A DNA stretch of 44,735 nucleotides, from the NCBI RefSeq assembly GCF_001194135.2, contig NC_069000.1:10238413-10283147 (forward strand). The letters are read 5' to 3'. Under the pieces are notes generated by a model. The model did not search any database. It had not been told where the DNA came from and was given only the letters and a program-made list of their open reading frames with translations. The stretch is from Octopus bimaculoides. Taxonomy: Eukaryota. Position numbers and translations under genes: made by a program. This document shows, one piece after another, positions 37,375-44,735 of this stretch. Positions within the stretch are counted from its first letter, which is position 1; the number at the start of each line of letters is the position of its first letter.

Positions 37375-38149
37375 NNNNNNNNNNNNNNNNNNNNNNNNNN
37401 NNNNNNNNNNNNNNNNNNNNNNNNNNNNNNNNNNNNNNNNNNNNNNNNNNNNNNNNNNNNNNNNNNNNNNNNNNNNNNNNNNNNNNNNNNNNNNNNNNNN
37501 NNNNNNNNNNNNNNNNNNNNNNNNNNNNNNNNNNNNNNNNNNNNNNNNNNNNNNNNNNNNNNNNNNNNNNNNNNNNNNNNNNNNNNNNNNNNNNNNNNNN
37601 NNNNNNNNNNNNNNNNNNNNNNNNNNNNNNNNNNNNNNNNNNNNNNNNNNNNNNNNNNNNNNNNNNNNNNNNNNNNNNNNNNNNNNNNNNNNNNNNNNNN
37701 NNNNNNNNNNNNNNNNNNNNNNNNNNNNNNNNNNNNNNNNNNNNNNNNNNNNNNNNNNNNNNNNNNNNNNNNNNNNNNNNNNNNNNNNNNNNNNNNNNNN
37801 NNNNNNNNNNNNNNNNNNNNNNNNNNNNNNNNTCAAAACTGTATTAAATAACTTCTGACGGATGATGAAAGAGAAAAAAAAATAAAATTTATTCCAAGAT
37901 TTTTTTTAAAAGCCATATCTTTTCTTTCATATATAGTTTTTTTTTTTTTTTTAATACTTTTTCAGTCCAATAAATGAAAAGAATAAAAATTTCTTTTCAG
38001 TCATTGGACTGTGGATATTCCCAGACACTGCCAGGAAAGGTTTTTGCTGTGCGTATGAGACCCAATATTTACTTAGTACTGTGAATGTAAATCCCCATAG
38101 GTTTATAAACATTTATGCAGGTCCATGCACATGCATGTAGCTGCAGCCG

Positions 38150-38440
38150 CTGACACCACTGCCACCACCACCATTTAATGTCCATTTTCTATTCTGGCAT
38201 GTATCTGATTGATGGCTTGACAAGAACTGGCAAGGCCACGGGCTGCACCAGGTTTCATAATCTGTTTTGACTTGACTTTTATAGCTGAATGCCCTTCCTA
38301 ACACCAATCTCTTTACAGAGTGTACTGGATGCTTTTTAAGTGGCATCAGCACCCACACTGATGCTTTTTAAAAGACATCTTGGTTTAAGGATCTCAATTC
38401 TGTTGTGGTGAATAGGTCTTCTTCTTGAGTACAGCAATAC
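38150..38440 (-). mobile_element. Family C LINE 3' end
   Basis: tttaatgtccatttt...ggctgcaccagg...tagctgaatgcccttcctaacacc. Confidence 0.7.
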
Positions 38441-38459
38441 ACCATAAACATACCCAAAC

Positions 38460-38600
38460 ACACAACAGGCTTCTGCACAGTTTCTACCAATCAATTTTGC
38501 TCACAAGGTACAGGTCAACCTTGAGGTTATAGCAGAAGACACTTGCCCGAGTTGACACACAGTAGGGCCAAAATCTAAACTACACGGCTGGTAGCAAACG
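38460..38600 (-). mobile_element. SINE family A, 5' part
   Basis: caggcttctgcacagtttct...ctcacaagg...agaagacacttgccc. Confidence 0.7.
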
Positions 38601-39044
38601 GAATATTTTAATCACACATGGAAAGCATAGCAAGTGGATGTTTGATGATGGTGACAGTACTTAGACATTTTAATCAATTTTCAGAGAAAGAGACAAAATT
38701 AATTTCTCTGTATCTCTCCAATCTAACCAGAAAGAACACTGACAAAAATTAAGTGAGAATTTAAAAAAAAAATTTTTTTTTTTTAATATTGATATATATT
38801 CAGAACGTGAAGTTGAAAATGTTAACGATAAGAGCAATAAGATAAATATGATAATGATGTATATAATTGATTTCTAGAAATCAAAAAATACCAGTATTCT
38901 AGATACAGCAATCCCTTGACTATTGTGGGTGCTATGTTTCACCCCCGACCCAATAGATGAAAATCCATGAAGTAGAAACAGTACTGTACTGTATATTTTT
39001 TTAAAAATTATTTTTATAACTTGTATATATTTATTTTATTATTG

Positions 39045-39415
39045 TTGTTGGCACTCCGTCGCTTACGACGTGGAGGGTTCCAGTTGATCTGATCAACGGA
39101 ACAGCCTGCTCGTGAAATTAACGTGCAAGTGGCTGAGCACTCCACAGACACGTGTACCCTTAACATAGTTCTCGGGGATATTCAGCGTGACAAGGCTGAC
39201 CCTTTGAATTACAGGCACAACAGAAACAGGAAGAAAGAGTGAGAGAAAGTTGTGGTGAAAGAGTACAGCAGGGTTCGCCACCGTCCCCTGCCGGAGCCTC
39301 GTGGAGCTTTAGGTGTTTTCGCTCAATAAACACTCACAACGCCCGGTCTGGGAATCGAAACCGCGATCCTATGACCGCGAGTCCGCTGCCCGAACCACTG
39401 GGCCATCGCACCTCC
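39045..39415 (-). mobile_element. tRNA-headed SINE family E, full length and CpG-rich (young)
   Basis: Minus head GGAGGTGCGATGGCCCAGTGGTTCGGGCAGCGGACTCGCGGTCATAGGATCGCGGTTTCGATTCCC; 3' half shared with family F (gagaactacgttaagggtacacgtgtc-like). Confidence 0.8.
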
Positions 39416-39690
39416 ATTATAGTTTTTTTTTTTAATAAATACAAAACAACACAACAGAGGAATCGACGTATGCGATAGGTGAACCACAATATGGTGAGGC
39501 ATTATTGTATATCAAGTTAAAAAAGAAAAACCTCAGGGCTTCTTTTACTGACAACACTAACCCACTTTGCTAACCTAACAGATTTCTCCCTCCCTGTTTT
39601 TCTAACAAAAATATTCTCATGAAATTGTTATTTATTTGCTTCTTCCTCACAAAGTACAGATGTCAGAAAACTACATTAAAACAAGAGGGC

Positions 39691-39775
39691 CATAAACTAC
39701 CAATGTAAGGAGGGTAGCAGTAGCATATGATAATGTCATAAACTACCAATGCAAGGAAGGGCAACAGTAACATAT
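39691..39775. repeat. Two-copy 46-bp-period tandem duplication
   Basis: cataaactaccaatg(t/c)aagg... at 39691 and 39737. Confidence 0.85.
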
Positions 39776-40079
39776 TTAATACATTTAATGGACATTTCCC
39801 TTTGATGCTGCCCTCTGTCCCATCCTGGTCCAGTCAGTATTGGTGGCTCATAAAAATGTACCTCATAAAACTATTACTGTACTGCAAAGGCGACTGCAAA
39901 GTTTTAAGGTCCTGTTTGCAGACAGATGTATCAAGGGTTTAACACCATTCTATTCCAGCTCCAACAACACTAAACCAAACATTCATTTTTTTCCCATGCA
40001 AACCACCCCACACATCCAGTCTGTGAGTCTGCTAGTGAAAGAGCTCAGAACTAGGCTTAATATATCTTTTGTCTATAAA

Positions 40080-40250
40080 GCGCAGGCGTGGCTGTGTGGT
40101 AAGAAGCTTGCTTTCCCAACCACATGACTCCAGGTTCAGTCCTATGTGTGGTACCTTGGGCAGGTGTCTTCTACTATAGCCTAAGGCCAACCAAAGCCTT
40201 GTGAGTGGATTTGGCAGACAGAAACTGAAAGAAGCCCATCGTATGTGTGT
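40080..40250 (+). mobile_element. SINE family A, 5' part
   Basis: gcgcaggcgtggctgtgtggtaagaagcttgc...ccttgggcaggtgtctt...aaagccttgtgagtggatttgg. Confidence 0.8.
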
Positions 40251-41186
40251 ATGTGTATATATATATATTGATGATGATGATGATGTATACATGAAATATG
40301 TGAACAATTTTTTGATACAATTCCAAATAATACTTAATCATAAAAATAGGAGTTTTTAGATGTTGGTTGGCTATAAGGGTTCCACCCTGAGTACAACAAG
40401 AATTAAAGCGGTCCATAGCAAAAAAAAAAAAAAAAAAAGGCTGAAAGCCAATTTTAAATTATAACCTTACCATCAAAATTTCATGCTGGTTTATGCTTAT
40501 CCTTAGCACCAGCTTCATAATGACAAGTTTATTTTACATAATTCTTCATTATTTTCAAAGTTAAACCTAACAAAGGCAGCATATTTCAGCAGAAATATTA
40601 GTAACAAAAGGGTTAATACATCAACAAAATTCACAATATAAACCAATAATTTATTAATGTTTGTTAGCTTTAAATCTGAAAAAACAGATCAAGCTATTAA
40701 ATGTTATGATGTTTAATGAACAAAATAATTAAGATACATAGGGAATTATTTTATGTGTGACTGTTTTTTTCTTTTATTGTGTTTGTATAACAGAAGCTAG
40801 TTTTTCATTGTTTGTATGTACAAAAAGTAGTTCCCAGAGACGTGCATAAAAAGAAAAAAAAATGCTATTTTTTCCACGCACACACACACAAGGAGTCTTA
40901 TACACAAATAATCATGCTCATTTGCATGCACCTACATAACAGATAGCTACAAGCACAACCAAAGGCAGAAGAAAGAATAGCTCCCACCAAAGGATTATAT
41001 ATATAGATAAATGTATGTGTGTAAGTACTGTAAATGTTTTTGGTGACTCCGAAGCAATAAAACGGTAGAAGGACAATGGAATGTGAGGGGGGAACGTAAA
41101 TGTTCGGTTTATTGAGGAAGCATTTAATGACACAGCTATAAAATCAGTTTTGCATTCAAGTGTTCGTGCACAGGGGGTGGATGGTG

Positions 41187-41231
<45 letters not shown>

Positions 41232-41287
41232 TCAGCAGCAGCAAGCCAGAATAATCAGAATGGTAGCAAGAGCAGGATGGCGGCACA

Positions 41288-41553
41288 GGCAAGGCTTTGT
41301 GGTTAAGAGGCTCACTTCACAACCATGGAATTGGTTGTTCAAGGTCTGGTTCCATTGTACAGCACCTCTTGGGCAACCATGTGGTTGGGAAGCAAGCTTC
41401 TTACCACACAAACATGCCTGCGCCTATATCCATTCACAAGGCTTTGGTTGGCCCAAGGCTATAGCAGAAGACACTTGCCCAAGATTCCATGCAGTGGGAC
41501 TGAACCAGGAAGCATGTGCTTGGGAAGGAAGCTTCTTACTACACAGCCACACC
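41288..41553. mobile_element. Cluster of three SINE heads: one plus (41288-41375), two minus (41376-41427, 41430-41553)
   Basis: Repeated gttgggaag(c/g)aagcttcttac(c/t)acaca motifs facing a plus-strand head. Confidence 0.7.
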
Positions 41554-42494
41554 TATGCTTATATATGATAATTTTTTTTTTTTTTTAAATGAATCAAACA
41601 GTATATGAGACAGACAGACAGACAGACAGGCTGGCAGGCAGACTGAACTCCAACATTTTTAAACCTAATGGTTCTAAATCTTTTGTCGGCCTTATGTAGA
41701 CATTTTCAATGCATGGAACAATAATTAAATTGCAGTCTAGAAATAAATATATAATGAAAACCAAAAACGGTAGCAGTAACTAATGAATGACTAATGGTGT
41801 ATATATACACACCTCGTCACCACCACCGCCTTGTATTTTTATTTTCTACACTATTAACCTCCACCACCATTGCCACTACCATCATGTGGTCCCTTAGCTA
41901 ACCTGAAGCTTACCTCATGGTAGATGTCCCCCCACCCCCGCCTCAACTTCAGCACCTTACTAGTGTGGAGAACTGCTGTAGTCGTTGGCTAGTGACCTAA
42001 GGGTAGACATGTGACAGGTGAGCAATGAGGATGGACAGAGAGGGACTGCAGCAACAGCAACAACAACAACAGTAGCAACATTTACATTTATGACTAGACA
42101 TGCGACAGACAATAGAAGCAATGTAGCTCATGAGAGGCAGACATAACTCAAGACACCAGAAGAGGAAACAAAGAGAGGGAGGGAGGGAGAGGTAAAGAGG
42201 GGGAGAGATTGAGCGTATGTGGGTGGGAGGGAGGAAAAGAGAGAGCAGAGATGCAGGAATAAAAGAGAAAGAGGATGAAGTGTGTGTGTGTGTGTGTTTG
42301 GCACAACAAATAGAAAACTTAATAACATGTAGACCTTTTATATTTTGTTTCAGTCATTAGACTGTGGCCATGCTGGGGCATTCCCTTTCCTTCAACTAAT
42401 CACACGGAAGCATTAAGGATGGGCTAAGTAACGGAGGAACAAGCAGAATTATTATAAGATAGAGTTCATTGGCTGAGAGGCATTTTATCTACAA

Positions 42495-42661
42495 CAGCGG
42501 TTCTCAAAAAATTCTGTTATATTTTCATGAATATATATTATTAAAAGCCATATAAAAAAAAATTGTGAAAATATTTTTTGTATTGTAAAAATATAACCAG
42601 TTTTCTGCACAGAAGGTGTGGACCCCTTAGAGATCATATTGAACTCAGTTAAGAACCACAG
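42495..42661. mobile_element. hAT-like MITE, internally deleted relative of 23718-24388
   Basis: CAGCGGTTCTCAA ... TTAAGAACCACAG; flanks atctacaa/acttacag; shared body ctgttatatttt...aaaatatttt...gtatt. Confidence 0.45.
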
Positions 42662-43564
42662 ACTTACAGGCTTTCTAGGGGTGACAAAACCCTTTGAATT
42701 GGGATTGGAGAAAATTTTGAATATTTTCTTTTGTTGCTATCATGCCTTCATCATAAATAGAAGCCACCAGATTATAAAATATGTTCCTTGCTAACTGTGT
42801 GCCTTTATGATCCAGGAAAACTTTTCTGATATTGGCAGTTATTCCTGTACTATGATGGCATTCAGTTATATATGGCTAATTATATGTACTCTGTAGGTCC
42901 CTAAAATTTTACTGATCCTTAGTCACTCTTATCCATTTTCAACAACCCTCCCCTTACACAGAGTTAGTTTCAAATACCTGCTAAGAGATTATATAAAACG
43001 ATTTTGGAAGAGTGAATGTATTTTATTTGGGCTTTGCCATCTGAAGAAATTCACATAAGTGAGAAAAGCCCAGAGTAGTAATGGAATGAATTACCAGCTT
43101 CAAACAAACTCCATACGCATGGGGATTTTTTTTTTCTCTCTTATTTGGTACAGCCAAACGAGAGAGAGATGGAGAGTGTGTGTGTGTGTTTGCGTGCATG
43201 TGTAGCATATTTGAGGATTGGCATTTTATATTCTGGATTAGAGAGAAATACAAAAAGGAAAAATAGGAAACTTATGCAGCAACTCTTGGAAGTGAAATGT
43301 GCCTGACAAATATCCAAATGCCTCCCTACTTCTAGTGTTGTCTAGAAGGGTTCTTCAAAAATACTTCAGTTGCACAGGTTTTTTGAAGTGGCATTTTCAA
43401 AATATTTTCACTGCTGAAGCAGAAATAGCTGTAGTGGTGGCAATGGCGACAGCGATGGTTGATAGGGGGGAAAGGAAAAGAGGTGGGTGGTTTGCATGTA
43501 TGTTTGATATTGTTGCTACGACGACAGCTGAAAGGGATGGTGGTGAAGAGGTGCTTCACAAGTA

Positions 43565-43790
43565 AAATGAAGAGCATGCAGGCTGGTTTCTTGAGGTAAT
43601 AACCACAGTTTATCAAAATGATTTCTCTACGGAGCCAAAAACTTCCAAGACAAAAAAAAGGAGCTTCTAGGTCACCTTGATGGTATGTATACCAGGTTTC
43701 TTTCCCATGAGGAACCAAAACATTTTGTGGTATGAGCACAAGACCAAAGAGGAGATTTGTGGACACGTTCCAACCAGTGGCGTAATGGTG
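43565..43790 (+). mobile_element. Degenerate RTE-clade LINE ORF2 fragment (post-RT region)
   Basis: FLYGAKNFQDKKKELLGHLDGMYTRFL then, frameshifted, MRNQNILWYEHKTKEEICGHVP, matching the RTE pattern LLYGxETW...LDGxYTRML R...N.SW..H.T.EE.YG.LP. Confidence 0.7.
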
Positions 43791-44059
43791 GTTGTTGTAT
43801 TGGGTATGGCAGCACACCCAATGCCAACAAATTTCAAGCAGGGGTTTAACGAAAGTTTTCCTTTAATATTTGTGATTGAATTAACGAGCAAGGTTAATAT
43901 TTATAATGAATTTGTCATTTGCACACCTAGCACACCTGAAATATATACCCTTGATTCCAACCATTTTTACAACTGCAGGTTAACTAACACAGGGTTGTTT
44001 TTTGCCAGCCAGTGCTACTATACTGAACAACAGACCATATTAAACTTGCTGCAGCAGTT

Positions 44060-44280
44060 TTAACCCTTTAGTATTCATACGTCAAAAGTAATACTTTTGT
44101 ATTCACATTGCTTTGAATTAATCAGGCATTACCTTGTAGCTACGAGATTTTGATGAGGTAACTTAATTTTCCAGAATTATATTGTAGGGTTGGTGTGAGA
44201 AGACAGACCTGGCCACTTTGAACATAAAACAGCTGGAAAGTTTTGGCTGGACATGGTCAGTTTAAATACTGAAGGGTTAA
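44060..44280. mobile_element. piggyBac-like MITE, intact
   Basis: TTAA|CCCTTTAGTATT ... AATACTGAAGGG|TTAA. Confidence 0.8.
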
Positions 44281-44339
44281 ATTCATTGGAGAGAATGCTC
44301 AGTCTGAACATTCATGTATTTTCACACATGTATATACAT

Positions 44340-44600
44340 GCATATCTGCATGTACCTGTTTATTCCTTACTTATATATATATATACTGCATGTTATACAC
44401 ACACGCGCATGCACGCATACACACACACACACACACACACACCATACTTCATATACAATTATTTAGCTGTAAATTACTCTTGAAAACTGAGCTCTATTTG
44501 CACAGTGTGTCACACCAGACATAAATATATACATGTGGATATATATACATGTATGTATACACACACTTACACACACAAATGCATATATGCATACATATAA

Positions 44601-44648
<48 letters not shown>

Positions 44649-44651
44649 CAT

Positions 44652-44692
<41 letters not shown>

Positions 44693-44715
44693 TGTATATT
44701 ATATTATATTATATA
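44340..44715. repeat. (CA)n/(TA)n compound microsatellites
   Basis: Direct reading. Confidence 0.9.
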
Positions 44716-44735
44716 CATCACTACTGATATAGTTT

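Noticed and set aside
39340-39415. tRNA genes here and at 13996-14070, 21548-21620, 26280-26350 and the family A/B heads
   Set aside because: A and B boxes are present but acceptor stems do not close and each continues into a repeat body; these are SINE heads
43332-43817. 161-aa minus-strand ORF, the longest gap-free ORF in the track, and the overlapping 128-aa plus ORF at 43677-44063
   Set aside because: Codon-aligned antisense and partial reading of a frameshifted plus-strand RTE ORF2 remnant, extended by low-complexity sequence; the plus ORF stops at a MITE TTAA

Overview
AT-rich, microsatellite-dense animal genomic DNA from a short-read draft assembly with nine N-gaps, most flanked by simple repeats. 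The repeat families look like those I recall from Octopus (coleoid cephalopod); this is inference and was not searched. No complete gene is present. Nearly all ORFs in the track are microsatellite, gap or repeat artefacts. The best coding evidence is one well-spliced minus-strand exon (15429-15555) of an unidentified protein, possibly followed by 14911-14962. Most of the complex sequence is mobile DNA: tRNA-headed SINE families (labelled A, B, E, F here), RTE-type LINE 3' ends and ORF2 remnants (C, D), TTAA-flanked piggyBac-like MITEs, hAT-like MITEs and two long inverted repeats, with several nested insertions. The most interesting object is a ~260-bp minus-strand element (13806-14070). It has a tRNA-like Pol III head, a microsatellite spacer and a minimal type I hammerhead ribozyme motif (13859-13904), and is bounded by a target-site duplication inside a MITE. 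Family labels are mine, and repeat boundaries are by eye (about +/-10-20 bp).
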